Of a stretch of DNA of 64,000 nucleotides, positions 47,333-57,610 are shown piece by piece. The notes under the pieces are model-generated. The model ran no database searches, was not told the origin of the DNA, and saw only the letters and a program-made list of their open reading frames with translations. Made by a program: the position numbers and the translations under genes. The DNA is taken from the NCBI GenBank assembly GCA_902774285.1, contig CACYHO010000001.1:73303-137302 (forward strand). Direction: 5' to 3'. The DNA is from an uncultured Pseudomonadota bacterium. Lineage in GTDB: Bacteria > Pseudomonadota > Alphaproteobacteria > Rs-D84. Every line of letters starts with the position of its first letter. Within the stretch, counting starts at the first letter, position 1.

Positions 47333-47664
47333 TTTCGTATGGTTATTTTACCGACACAATCTCTGCCGTAATATTTATTAACTTTTGTTTTTATTTCATC
47401 AATCTTGTATGATAATTCCAGCGCAAACGCAGGCGACACGGGACGAACAACTATATTAAATTTTTTATCGCGTGCTAATTTTACAGCAACAACTTTTGAT
47501 ATTTTTGCAATATCATCACCAATTATTTTTTTCCAATTATTTACCAAATCAGCATCGCTTGTTCGAACACCAAACATTTCCATTAAACCGCCAAATGCAG
47601 CAGCCAAAGTTTGTGGGCGACTTTTACGTAAATCTAAATTAACTTTTTTATCTTGGTTTGACAT
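47329..47664 (-). CDS. DUF721 / DciA-like protein
   Basis: 111 aa. W..IIGDDIAKISKVVAVK...FNIVVRPVSPAFALELSYKIDEIKTKVN fits the DUF721 pattern. The stop overlaps the ruvC start. Confidence 0.6.
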   Translation of the reverse strand: MSNQDKKVNLDLRKSRPQTLAAAFGGLMEMFGVRTSDADLVNNWKKIIGDDIAKISKVVAVKLARDKKFNIVVRPVSPAFALELSYKIDEIKTKVNKYYGRDCVGKITIRK

Positions 47665-48742
47665 AACTGTATTCTTTTGGCATTAAAATAAACATTTGTC
47701 CTTGTGAATGTTGACCATGCGCAACTTGATATGCTTCATCCCCAGAACCAAAGAATATGTCTGCGCGTATCCATCCACGAATTGCACCACCAGTATCTTG
47801 GGCAATCATCAATCTGTTAAACGAACGACCATCAGATAATGATGTATTTATATATACAGGCAACCCCAATGTATAAATACTGTCGTCCATAGCAACACTT
47901 CGTATCTTGGAAAGCGGTGTTCCCAATTTTCCAATTACACTGTGTTGTGGTGTTTCATAAAAATACACATAACGTGGATTGTTGTAAATAACTTCTTTGG
48001 CTAAAGATGGATTTTGTTTCAAATGTGTCCACACAGCATCAGCGCTGTATCCACCGGCCGGCTTAATGCCTCTTTCTTGTAATTGTGTTCCAATAGATTT
48101 AAATGGCATATCATTAACAGCAGCAAAATTTAATTTAACCATTGTCCCGTCTTCCAGTTTTAACATACCGCTGCCTTGGATCTGTAAATTTTGAACATCA
48201 ACAATGTTTGCCCAATATAATACACGCCCTATTTTCTTGTTTACGATATCGCGTTTTGAAACTCCTTTGTAATTACGTCCATCAATTGGCACACCCATAA
48301 TAGGTTCATTGCATTGTGCGGTGCGTGTTTTACATCCCGGTATCACAGGCGAATAATATCCGGTATATGTTCCCGTTTTGCCACCTTTTTCATTATAAAC
48401 CTGATATGGTTGGAAATTAGATTCAAACCATGCGCGCACTGTTTTTACATCCGCGGAACTGCTTGGCAACATATTACATTTTTCACGCAATAATTCTGGA
48501 TCTGGGATAACAGAACCAGTATATTGAATCTTTGCATTACAAGTATTACGGAAAGCCTGCAAAGCATATCTTACATCATCATCGCGCCAACCCGGCAATG
48601 CAGCATAAGAAACCGCTGTCAAATTAGATGGTATCTTGGAATCATCACCAACATGTGTCGGTGCAGACAAATCACACCCAGACATCAATGCTACAAGGCA
48701 ACAAATTCCGCAAAAACGCATAAAATTACAAAAAGACAACAT
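47648..48742 (-). CDS. mltA: Membrane-bound lytic murein transglycosylase A (lipoprotein)
   Basis: The ATG at 48742 follows a GGGGGGA SD and gives MLSFCNFMRFCGICCLVALMSGCD (lipobox). It has an MltA domain and a 3D domain (AQDTGGAIRGWIRADIFFGSGDEA). The longer ORF-track start would overlap secB. Confidence 0.88.
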   Translation of the reverse strand: MLSFCNFMRFCGICCLVALMSGCDLSAPTHVGDDSKIPSNLTAVSYAALPGWRDDDVRYALQAFRNTCNAKIQYTGSVIPDPELLREKCNMLPSSSADVKTVRAWFESNFQPYQVYNEKGGKTGTYTGYYSPVIPGCKTRTAQCNEPIMGVPIDGRNYKGVSKRDIVNKKIGRVLYWANIVDVQNLQIQGSGMLKLEDGTMVKLNFAAVNDMPFKSIGTQLQERGIKPAGGYSADAVWTHLKQNPSLAKEVIYNNPRYVYFYETPQHSVIGKLGTPLSKIRSVAMDDSIYTLGLPVYINTSLSDGRSFNRLMIAQDTGGAIRGWIRADIFFGSGDEAYQVAHGQHSQGQMFILMPKEYSYVKPR

Positions 48743-48823
48743 TTTAACATCCCCCCACTTGTAAAAAGTATTTCTTAATGCTATATTATCATAAAACGAT
48801 GGATAAAAAAAGGAGCAATCGCA

Positions 48824-49270
48824 ATGCCAAAGTTTAATGTTATATCTCAATTCTTAAAAGACATCTCGTTTGAAAGCCCAAATGTGCCTGAATTATTCTT
48901 TAAACAGGACGGTGGCCAGGCAAAAATGGAAATCAACATTGATATTAATATCAAAGGCGCCGAAAACAATTTATTTATGGTAGATTTGATTACACGTGTT
49001 CATTCTAAATTGGAAAAAGACAATAAAACAGTATTTTTGATTGAATCAACATATACTGGCATGGTCCAATACGAAGAAAAAGACGAAGAAATCAAAAAGA
49101 AAACATTATTGATAGATGTTCCAACTGTTTTGTTCCCATATGTTCGTTCCATGGTGACAAGATTAACCGCAGAATCTGGTTTCCCACCACTTTCTATGCC
49201 ATTGGTTGATTTTGCAGATCTTTATGAACAAAGACAAAAACAAGCTGCTGAACAAAAACCAGCAAATTAA
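48824..49270 (+). CDS. secB: Protein-export chaperone SecB
   Basis: AGGAG SD. FLKDISFESPNVPELF, LLIDVPTVLFPYVRSMVTRLTAESGFPPLSMPLVDF. Confidence 0.92.
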   Translation: MPKFNVISQFLKDISFESPNVPELFFKQDGGQAKMEINIDINIKGAENNLFMVDLITRVHSKLEKDNKTVFLIESTYTGMVQYEEKDEEIKKKTLLIDVPTVLFPYVRSMVTRLTAESGFPPLSMPLVDFADLYEQRQKQAAEQKPAN

Positions 49271-49292
49271 TAAGATTTGAAAAATAATAAAA

Positions 49293-49318
49293 ACACCGGC
49301 AATCGCCGGTGTTTTTTT
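49293..49318. terminator. Bidirectional rho-independent terminator
   Basis: ACACCGGC (49293-49300), loop AATC, GCCGGTGT (49305-49312), with an A-run before and T7 after. Confidence 0.8.
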
Positions 49319-49334
49319 ATTTCTTTAATAACAA

Positions 49335-50051
49335 TTATGCTGCTGCGGTGAATACTTTTTGGACATCGTCATTATCGTCCAGCGCATCAACCAATTTTTC
49401 AATCTTTGCATAAGCTTCGTCATCTAAATCAACTGGCATATTTGGAACCCATGTGATTTCTGCGTTTTCTGGTTCGCCCAATTTATCAGCCAAAGCCTTT
49501 TGAATATTCATAAAGTTGTCTGGCTTTGTTGTGATGATGAAACCTTCTTCGGATGATTCCAGGTTATCTGCATCAACTTCCATAACCAATTCCATCATTT
49601 CATCTTCTGTTTTACCAATGGATGCAGGATACATAATTTGTCCCACATGTGAAAACATAAATACAACAGAACCTTCTTCGCCCATATTTCCACCGTTTTT
49701 GGCAAAGATGTTACGAATTTCCGGAACTGTTCTGCGTGGATTATCAGTCAAAGCTTCAACAATAACAGGAACAGCATTTGGACCATAACCTTCATAACGT
49801 ACTGCTACGAAATTATCTGTATTTGCCCCAGATGCTTTTTCAATTGCGCGTTTAATGTTATCATTAGGCATCGACGCTTTACGAGCCTGTAAAATTGCCA
49901 AACGCAATCTTGGGTTGTTATCTGGATTTTTATCGCCCAATTTTGCCGCCATAGTTATTTCACGTGCCAGTTTTGTAAACAAACCACTACGTGCTGCATC
50001 AACCAATCCTTTTTTATGTTGGATGTTGTGCCATTTACTGTGTCCACTCAT
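49335..50051 (-). CDS. yebC: YebC/PmpR-family transcriptional regulator
   Basis: MSGHSKWHNIQHKKG...NPRLRLAILQARKASMPNDNIKRAI is the canonical YebC N-terminus. Confidence 0.93.
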   Translation of the reverse strand: MSGHSKWHNIQHKKGLVDAARSGLFTKLAREITMAAKLGDKNPDNNPRLRLAILQARKASMPNDNIKRAIEKASGANTDNFVAVRYEGYGPNAVPVIVEALTDNPRRTVPEIRNIFAKNGGNMGEEGSVVFMFSHVGQIMYPASIGKTEDEMMELVMEVDADNLESSEEGFIITTKPDNFMNIQKALADKLGEPENAEITWVPNMPVDLDDEAYAKIEKLVDALDDNDDVQKVFTAAA

Positions 50052-50101
50052 ATTTGACCTTTTGATTTTATTATATTAAAATTACACCAAAAGGATAACA
50101 A

Positions 50102-50668
50102 ATGATTGGAAAATTGCAAGGTGTAATTGATTATATTGGGCCTGATTATGTTATTTTAATGGTTGGCGGTGTCGGATATAAAGTTCACACTGCGGAAATC
50201 TTTGCTTTAAAAACCCCTGTTTCGCTTTGGATAGAAACAGTTGTTCGCGAAGATTCTATAAGATTATTCGGGTTTTCAACTGTTGCCGGACAAAACCTGT
50301 TTAACCAATTAACAACAGTATCCGGTGTCGGTCCAAAGGTCGCATTGGCCATTATGGGTACCATTAAAACAGATACTTTGATGACCGCAATTGCAACTGG
50401 TGATGCAAAAACAATTGCAACTGCCCCGGGGGTTGGTAAAAAAGTAGCCGAAAAGATTATTGTAGAATTAAAGAATAAGATGGGTGGTGGCAATTTTGAT
50501 TTTGGTGCTGAATCTGGCGTTTTACCTGATTTATTGGCTGCGTTAGAATCACTTGGTTATCGCCGTATGGATATAATAGATATGGCACAACACCTTGTAT
50601 CACAAAACCCAGATGCAGATATATCTAAACTGGTCCCATTGGCATTAAAAGAAATAAGCGGTAAATAA
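50102..50668 (+). CDS. ruvA: Holliday junction DNA helicase subunit RuvA
   Basis: MIGKLQGVI...VGGVGYKV, and helix-hairpin-helix pairs (LTTVSGVGPKVALAI, TAPGVGKKVAEKIIVELK). Confidence 0.93.
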   Translation: MIGKLQGVIDYIGPDYVILMVGGVGYKVHTAEIFALKTPVSLWIETVVREDSIRLFGFSTVAGQNLFNQLTTVSGVGPKVALAIMGTIKTDTLMTAIATGDAKTIATAPGVGKKVAEKIIVELKNKMGGGNFDFGAESGVLPDLLAALESLGYRRMDIIDMAQHLVSQNPDADISKLVPLALKEISGK

Positions 50669-51963
50669 TGGAAAACAACGATACAATTTTCGCATTATCA
50701 AGTGCACCTGGTAAATCAGGTGTTGCAGTTGTTCGCATAAGCGGAAACAATTTAAGTGATTTATTTAAACGCATAATAAATAAAAAAGTATTCGAACCGC
50801 GCCATGCTTATTTTACTAATTTCAAAGACGACAATGGCGAATTAATTGATCAATGTGTTGCCATATTTTTTGCGTCGCCAAATTCTTTTACAGGCGAAGA
50901 TATTATCGAAATCCATTCACACGGTGCAATGGCAGTTATAAATAAAATATTTGATTTCTTGCGCGAACACAAATGCCGTATCGCAACACGCGGTGAATTT
51001 TCAAAACGTGCTTTCTATAACAATAAAATGGATTTAACCGATGTTGATGGATTAATTGCATTGCTTGATGCACAAACAGATAAACAGCGCACACTTGCAT
51101 TAAAATCTTTAACTGGAAACGATTCAAAAACTTATGCCGATTGGCGAAATCAAATGATTGAAATATCAGCCTATGCGGCGGCTATTTTGGATTATGATTC
51201 TGACGATTTGCCGGCAAACATCGATAAAAAGATTTTATCAAAAACAAAAGATTTATTATCTGAAATAAAAAAATCTATGTCCGGATATCGCGCAACACGT
51301 GCAATTCAAAATGGATTTAATATTGTTTTGGTTGGCGAAACTAATGTTGGTAAATCATCTATATTTAATAAACTTGTTGGTTCAAATCGCGCGATAGTTT
51401 CCGATATAGCCGGCACGACACGTGATGTAGTTTCCCAACAAATTGATATTGATGGATATCTGGTAAATCTGTCTGATACAGCAGGCATTCGCGACGCATC
51501 TGACACAATAGAAAAAATCGGTATCGAACGTACACATGCAGAAATCAAAAATGCAGATTTGGTTATACATGTGTATAACACAGTTCCAAAAACAATAAAT
51601 AAAAATGAAATCAATGTTATAAATAAATCTGATTTATTAAAAAACACTTCAAATAAAACTGTTATTTATACATCGGTATTAAAAGATACAGGTTTTGATA
51701 AATTATTAAACACCATCAAAAATAAAATGCATGAATTGATGGGCGGCAGCGAATCAAAAATCGCAATCAATGAACGCACTTATGAATTATTAAACGAATG
51801 CGTTTTTGAATTGGATAATGCAATAAATAAATACGAAGGCAATTATGATATATTCGCTGAACACGTCCGTCGTGGGGGCGATGCAATAGGAAAAATACTT
51901 GGTGTAATAACAACAAGCGAAATTGCCGACGCCACATTTTCAAGATTGTGTTTGGGAAAATAA
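50668..51963 (+). CDS. mnmE: tRNA modification GTPase MnmE
   Basis: DTIFALSS..GKSGVAVVRISG, G-domain GETNVGKSS / DTAGIR / NKSD, and C-terminal CLGK. Confidence 0.93.
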   Translation: MENNDTIFALSSAPGKSGVAVVRISGNNLSDLFKRIINKKVFEPRHAYFTNFKDDNGELIDQCVAIFFASPNSFTGEDIIEIHSHGAMAVINKIFDFLREHKCRIATRGEFSKRAFYNNKMDLTDVDGLIALLDAQTDKQRTLALKSLTGNDSKTYADWRNQMIEISAYAAAILDYDSDDLPANIDKKILSKTKDLLSEIKKSMSGYRATRAIQNGFNIVLVGETNVGKSSIFNKLVGSNRAIVSDIAGTTRDVVSQQIDIDGYLVNLSDTAGIRDASDTIEKIGIERTHAEIKNADLVIHVYNTVPKTINKNEINVINKSDLLKNTSNKTVIYTSVLKDTGFDKLLNTIKNKMHELMGGSESKIAINERTYELLNECVFELDNAINKYEGNYDIFAEHVRRGGDAIGKILGVITTSEIADATFSRLCLGK

Positions 51964-51976
51964 GAACTAAAAAAAT

Positions 51977-52000
51977 ACCGCCCGATTGGGCGGTTTTTTT
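51977..52000. terminator. Bidirectional rho-independent terminator
   Basis: ACCGCCC (51977-51983), loop GATT, GGGCGGT (51988-51994), with an A-run before and T7 after. Confidence 0.8.
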
Positions 52001-53557
52001 ACTCTTTTCTGTCTGGATATTTTCCATCGATAAGATTCTTGCGAACAATATGATGTTTTACCTTTTGTGTACTGGTCATTGGTAAATCTTCTGTTGTCAT
52101 CGCAAAATGGGTCACCCATTTATAAGATGCAACCTTTTTATTTTGTTCGGCAATTTCTTTTGCCAACTTATCTATGGTCATATCTTTATCAACACTGAAC
52201 ACACCATAGGCAACTGTTTTATCGCCAACCTTGTGTTCAAATACTGCGACATTTTTTACACCTGGGATTTCAATGAATAATCCTTCCAATTCGTCAGGAT
52301 AAACATTTTTACCACTGTCCAAAACAATCACTTGTTTTTTACGTCCGGCAAAATGCAATTCGCCATTTTTATCCATGTACATCATATCGCCTGTGTTAAA
52401 CCAACCGTCTTGATCAAAGACTTCTGCATTTACTTCGTCATTATTCAAATAACCATTGAATACCTGGTGTCCACGAAGCCATAACACACCAACGCCATTT
52501 TCATCTTTATCACGAATTTGACATTCATTATTAGATGTTGGTGCACCAATTGAATACGCCAATCTTTTATTTGTTGGTTTTGAAATACAGATTGGTCCAA
52601 CAGTTTCTGTCAAACCATAACCCTGGATAAATGCCATACCCAATGATTCATAGAAATTTTCTACTTCTGGTTTTGTTGCAGCACCGCCAGCAATCAATAA
52701 TTTAGCACGTCCACCAAAAACACTTAAAATTGGTTCTTGGACTTTGCGAACGAAAAATTCAAGTCCCATATCTTTCAATGTTTTTTGGTTTCTTAAAATA
52801 AATGATGCAACGCGCCATTTACCTTGTTCTTTCATTGTTGTAACAATTTTGTTACGGAACAATTCCCAAACACGTGGCACAGCCGGAATAACATGTGGTT
52901 GGAATTTTTTGAAATCGTCCAAAATATATTTCGGATTAACTGTTGGTTGCAAAACCAATGATGCACCATAATGAACAGTTGCCAAAATACCAATCGCAAA
53001 ACCAAAGATGTGATAAAGTGGCAAAAATCCATACATAACATCACCAGAATGGAAATAATCGCACATTCTGTTAAATTAAAATGTGTTAATGGTACAACCT
53101 TTGGTGTTCCTGTTGAACCAGACGTGAACGACATTGTCGCAACGTCTGTTGATTCAGAAGGGAAAGGTCTTAAATCATAATCAATATCACCATCTTTCTT
53201 TGTTATATCATAAAACTTGAATTGTTTTGTTTTATAAAAGAAAGAAGGTTCTGCGCAAACAAATTTACACCCAGCAATTTCGCACATTTTATCGTATTCA
53301 ATCGGTGTAAGATTTGTATCCAACATTAATGCTGTTGCACCCAAATACCATATAGCAAACAATGTTAATGGAAACTGAGGCAAATTGTGTGATAACACAC
53401 CAATAATATCGCCATGTTTCACACCTGCTTTGTTAAGTGTTGATGCGCGTGCACGTACCTGTTCCAAGAATTCGGAATAAGTAACATTTTCACGGACCAG
53501 GAATAAATTTTCTGGCCATTGATTAACTGCATTTTCTAACTTTTGATACATATTCAT
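51999..53557 (-). pseudogene. Frameshifted long-chain acyl-CoA synthetase paralogue (copy 3)
   Basis: The N-terminal ORF (53557 down to about 53070, ...SFTSGSTGTPKVVPLTHFNLTE) and the C-terminal ORF (53066-51999, CDYFHSGDVMYGFLPLYH...) are collinear with the two intact neighbours but in different frames. The segment between the NL and MYGF landmarks is also about 7 aa shorter. Confidence 0.65.
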
Positions 53558-53581
53558 GTTATACCTACCTTTGTATCTTTA

Positions 53582-55162
53582 TTATTCATGTCTTAAAGTG
53601 TATTTACCATCAATCAACCATTGACGAACAACATGGTGTTTGATTTTTTGTGTGCTTGTAACTGGCAAATCATCAGTTGTCATCGCAAAGTGTGTTACCC
53701 ATTTATAAGAAGCAACTTTTTTATTTGCATTTGCAACTGCGGCTGCCAATTTTTCCATTGTCATATCTGATTCAACACTGAATACACCATATGCAACAGT
53801 TTTACCATTTACTTCGTGTTCAAACACAGCGACACTTTTTACACCTGGAATTTCAATAAATAAACCTTCTAGTTCATCAGGATAAACATTTTTACCAGAA
53901 TCTAAAACAATCACTTGTTTTTTACGTCCGGCAAAATGCAATTCGCCATTTTTATCCATTGATACCAAATCGCCAGTACAGAACCAACCTTCTTTATCAA
54001 AGGCTTCTTTGTTTGCTTCCTCATTATTCAAATAACCACCAAAGATTTGTTTACCCTTGACCCATAACATACCGATACCATTTTCATCTTTGTTACGAAT
54101 TTGAATTTCTGTATCACCCATTGGTGCACCAAAGGCATACGCAACACGTTTTTTCAATGGTCTTGAACAACAGATTGGTCCAACAGTTTCTGTCATACCA
54201 TAACCTTGAACAAAAGCCATTCCCAGTTGTGTATAGAATTTTTCAACTTCTGGTTTTGTAGCAGCACCACCGGCAACCAATAATCTTGCACGTCCACCGA
54301 ACACAGAACGAATTTGGTTTAATACTTTGTTAACCAATTTACCCATTCCAAGTGCGCGTAATAATTTTTGGTTATTCATAATAAACGATACCAGCCACCA
54401 TTTCTTTTTAGCACGGACACCTTCAATAATTTTCTTGCGGAAAATTTCCCATAACTTTGGCACAGCAGGTATAACCTGTGGTTTATATTGTGCAAAGTCT
54501 GCCATAATCGCATTTGGATTAATGGTAGATTGTAATAATATACCCATACCAAAATGAAGTGGTGCCAAGAAACCAACCGCAAAACCGAACACATGATAAA
54601 GCGGCAAGAAAGCATAGAACATTTCACCTGGCTTTAACCATTGATTCAAATATTCCAAATTATCAGAACAAGAAACCAAATTAAAGTGTGTTAATGGCAC
54701 AACCTTTGGTGTTCCTGTTGATCCAGATGTGAAAGATAATGTTGCAATATCTTCATCTTTTAATGGATACGGTTTCAAAGATTTATCTGTATTTGTATCT
54801 TCTGTTTCTATATCAAAAAATTTGAAATTTTTTGTTTCAAAGAAAAAAGATTTTTCTGCACATACAAATTTAGCATCTGTAATTTTTGCCATATTGTCAT
54901 ATTCTTCGGAAGTCAAATTTGTATCCAACAATAAAACTTTTGCGCCCAAATACCAGACAGCAAAAAGTGTCATTGGAAACTGTGGTAAATTATGTGATAA
55001 CACACCAATAACATCGCCAGGTTTAACACCCAATTTATGCAAAGTGGTTGCACGTGCTTTTACTAATTCCAGAAATTCTTTAAATGTTACATTTTCACGA
55101 ACCAAAAATATAGTTTCTGGATTTCTTTCTACATTTTTTTCTAACAATTGATACATATTCAT
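53582..55162 (-). CDS. AMP-forming long-chain acyl-CoA synthetase (FAA1/COG1022-like), copy 2
   Basis: SFTSGSTGTPKVV (AMP-binding core), GYGMTE, TGDLV, GRKKQVIVLDSGKNVYPDELE. Confidence 0.85.
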   Translation of the reverse strand: MNMYQLLEKNVERNPETIFLVRENVTFKEFLELVKARATTLHKLGVKPGDVIGVLSHNLPQFPMTLFAVWYLGAKVLLLDTNLTSEEYDNMAKITDAKFVCAEKSFFFETKNFKFFDIETEDTNTDKSLKPYPLKDEDIATLSFTSGSTGTPKVVPLTHFNLVSCSDNLEYLNQWLKPGEMFYAFLPLYHVFGFAVGFLAPLHFGMGILLQSTINPNAIMADFAQYKPQVIPAVPKLWEIFRKKIIEGVRAKKKWWLVSFIMNNQKLLRALGMGKLVNKVLNQIRSVFGGRARLLVAGGAATKPEVEKFYTQLGMAFVQGYGMTETVGPICCSRPLKKRVAYAFGAPMGDTEIQIRNKDENGIGMLWVKGKQIFGGYLNNEEANKEAFDKEGWFCTGDLVSMDKNGELHFAGRKKQVIVLDSGKNVYPDELEGLFIEIPGVKSVAVFEHEVNGKTVAYGVFSVESDMTMEKLAAAVANANKKVASYKWVTHFAMTTDDLPVTSTQKIKHHVVRQWLIDGKYTLRHE

Positions 55163-55173
55163 AATTCTGTTCC

Positions 55174-56766
55174 TTACCTTAATATATTTTCCGTATTATT
55201 TGGATATTTGCCATCTATTAAATTCTGACGAACCATATGATGCTTTACCTTTTGCGTACTTGTTACAGGTAAATCTTCCGTTGTCATGGCAAAATGTGTC
55301 ACCCATTTATAAGGTGCAACCTTGCGATTTGCCAGCGCAATCTGCGCCCCCAATTTAACAAGTGTTGTCCCTTTTTCAACCTGTAATACGGCATAAGTTA
55401 CTGTTTTATCTTTGATTTTATGTTCAAACACAGCAACATTTTTAACACCATCCATTTCCATGAATAACGCTTCCAGTTCGTCTGGATAAACATTTTTACC
55501 ACTGTCCAAAACAATTACTTGTTTTTTACGTCCGGCAAAATGATATTGTTTATACTTATCCAAATAAACAAGGTCCCCCGTATTAAACCAACCATCTTTA
55601 TCAAAAGATTCATCATTGGCTTCTTTGTTATTCAAATAACCTTTGAAGATATTTGGACCACGAACCCACAATGTTCCAATACCTTTTTCATCGGCATCAC
55701 GAATAGTGCATTCTGAACAACCAATTGGTGTCCCAAACGCAAATGGAACACGATGTTTTGCTGGACGTGAACAACAGAAAGGCCCAACCGTTTCAGTCAT
55801 GCCATAGCCCTGAACAAAAGTAATACCCAAAGATTCATAGAATTTTTCAACCTCTGGCTTTGTAGCGGCACCACCAGCAATCATAAGATTTACACGACCA
55901 CCAAAAATATCACGCAAAGGTTTTTGGACTTTCTTTACCAGTTTTGATAAACCAATCGCATTTAAAAACTTTTGATGTTTAAGCACGAAAGATACAATCC
56001 ACCACATATGTTTTTCTTTGGCGCCTTCTATAATCTTGTTACGAAAAACTTCGTAAAGACGTGGCACTGCAGGAATACAATGCGGCTTATATACTTTGAA
56101 ATCTTCCAAAATATTGCGCGGATTAATTGTAGGCTGTAACAATATTCCCATATGGAAATACATTGGTGCCAAAATACCAGCTGCAAAACCAAAAATATGA
56201 TAAAGCGGTAAAAATCCGTACATTATTTCATTTTTGTGAATCCAATCGCCCATATCTGCATAATAATCTGAAGAATTTTTCAAATTACCATGTGTTAATG
56301 GAACAACCTTTGGATTGCCAGTAGATCCAGATGTGAAAGATAGTGTTGCAATATCTTCTGAATCCAATTCAGCAGGTTTTAATTTTGCATCTGCTTTTTC
56401 ATCTGCTGATTGTATATCAAAGAATTTGAAACCTTTTGCATCATAGAAAAATGATTTTTCAGCGCATACAAATTTACACTTTACCAATTTGGTCATATTG
56501 TCATATTCAAAAGGTGTTAAATTTGTATCCAACAAAAGAACCGTTCCACCAAGGTACCATATTGCGAAAAGAGTCAATGGAAATTCTGGTATATTATGCG
56601 CCAACAAACCAACAACATCACCTGATTTAACCCCGGCCTTGTGTAATGTAGTTGCCCGCGCATGAATTAATTTCAAAGCTTCCTTGAATGTGATTTTTTC
56701 GCGTACCAGATAGAAAGCATTTGGCGATTCTTTCGCCACTTGCTTAAACACTTGATACATATTCAT
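55174..56766 (-). CDS. AMP-forming long-chain acyl-CoA synthetase (FAA1/COG1022-like), copy 1
   Basis: SFTSGSTGNPKVV, GYGMTE, TGDLV, GRKKQVIVLDSGKNVYPDELE. It lies 11 nt upstream of copy 2. Confidence 0.85.
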   Translation of the reverse strand: MNMYQVFKQVAKESPNAFYLVREKITFKEALKLIHARATTLHKAGVKSGDVVGLLAHNIPEFPLTLFAIWYLGGTVLLLDTNLTPFEYDNMTKLVKCKFVCAEKSFFYDAKGFKFFDIQSADEKADAKLKPAELDSEDIATLSFTSGSTGNPKVVPLTHGNLKNSSDYYADMGDWIHKNEIMYGFLPLYHIFGFAAGILAPMYFHMGILLQPTINPRNILEDFKVYKPHCIPAVPRLYEVFRNKIIEGAKEKHMWWIVSFVLKHQKFLNAIGLSKLVKKVQKPLRDIFGGRVNLMIAGGAATKPEVEKFYESLGITFVQGYGMTETVGPFCCSRPAKHRVPFAFGTPIGCSECTIRDADEKGIGTLWVRGPNIFKGYLNNKEANDESFDKDGWFNTGDLVYLDKYKQYHFAGRKKQVIVLDSGKNVYPDELEALFMEMDGVKNVAVFEHKIKDKTVTYAVLQVEKGTTLVKLGAQIALANRKVAPYKWVTHFAMTTEDLPVTSTQKVKHHMVRQNLIDGKYPNNTENILR

Positions 56767-56836
56767 AACATAAAATCCTTGTTGTTTTTATATTGGACAT
56801 TGTGTATTATAGACTTATAAAAAAAAGATTGCAATT

Positions 56837-57610
56837 ATGAAAATACTTACTTTAAATATCAATTCAATTCGCGCACATATTGAAAGTTTTATGGATATTT
56901 TGCGTAAAAATGAATATGACACTATATTGGTCCAAGAATTAAAGGTTGAAAACGCCAATTTTCCATATAATTTATTGGACGAATACGGATATAATATCAA
57001 GGTTTTTGGCCAAAAATCTTGGAACGGTGTTGCAACTTTTTCAAAATATTCCATCGAAGATGTCACAATGGGCATGCCAACATACCCAGATATTAATTCA
57101 AGATTCTTGGAAAGCGTGATTGATGGTCGTGTTCGCCTGATAAATGTATATATGCCAAATGGCGATTGTATTGAATCACCAAAGTTTCCATATAAACTGG
57201 ATTGGATGCGTGCATTTACACAATATATATCACAATACATCGACAGCGAAGAACCGGTTATAATCGCCGGCGATTATAATGTAGCAGTAGAAGACCGTGA
57301 TATTTGGAATCCAAAAAATTATATTGGGTCTTCTATATCTGCACCAGCGGCACGTGATATCATGCAACAATGGTTGGATGCCGGCTGGGTTGACGCATGG
57401 CGCGAATTACACCCGGACGACATAGATTACACATGGTATGGTTATCGTGGTCGCGATACAGTCGGCAACAAACAGGGACTTCGCTTAGACTATTTCCTTT
57501 GTAATAAAACCGCAGCCAAAATGATTAAAAACTGTGAAATAGATATCGAACCAAGATTGGCCAACAAACCAACCGATCATTGTGGTTTAATGTTGGAATT
57601 AAAAGATTAA
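56837..57610 (+). CDS. xthA: Exodeoxyribonuclease III
   Basis: MKILTLNINSIRA, LVQELK, NVYMPNG, AGDYNV, WYGYRG..., LRLDYF and PTDHCGL are EEP-family Xth motifs. Confidence 0.92.
   Translation: MKILTLNINSIRAHIESFMDILRKNEYDTILVQELKVENANFPYNLLDEYGYNIKVFGQKSWNGVATFSKYSIEDVTMGMPTYPDINSRFLESVIDGRVRLINVYMPNGDCIESPKFPYKLDWMRAFTQYISQYIDSEEPVIIAGDYNVAVEDRDIWNPKNYIGSSISAPAARDIMQQWLDAGWVDAWRELHPDDIDYTWYGYRGRDTVGNKQGLRLDYFLCNKTAAKMIKNCEIDIEPRLANKPTDHCGLMLELKD

Larger units (their letters stand above)
51999..56766 (-). repeat. Tandem triplication of an acyl-CoA synthetase gene
   Basis: Three head-to-tail paralogues with gaps of 11 and 24 nt. A 56-nt tract is identical between 52321-52376 and 53904-53959. 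Confidence 0.85.

Noticed and set aside
48743-48850. N-terminal extensions in the ORF track for mltA (to 48850), rsmI (to 63546), the HtrL-like gene (to 39765), trxB (from 31918), der (from 6814) and the lipoprotein gene (from 864).
   Set aside because: Internal ATGs with good SDs give canonical N-termini: a lipobox signal peptide for mltA, MQSGLYVVGTPIGN for rsmI, MQDVVILGSGPAG for trxB. The extensions would also overlap neighbouring genes or promoters.
52832-53065. The tail of the 241-aa ORF 52832-53557 (CAIISILVMLCMDFCHFITSLVL...) as a real alternative C-terminus.
   Set aside because: It is the out-of-frame read-through across the frameshift. The overlapping frame carries clear acyl-CoA synthetase homology.
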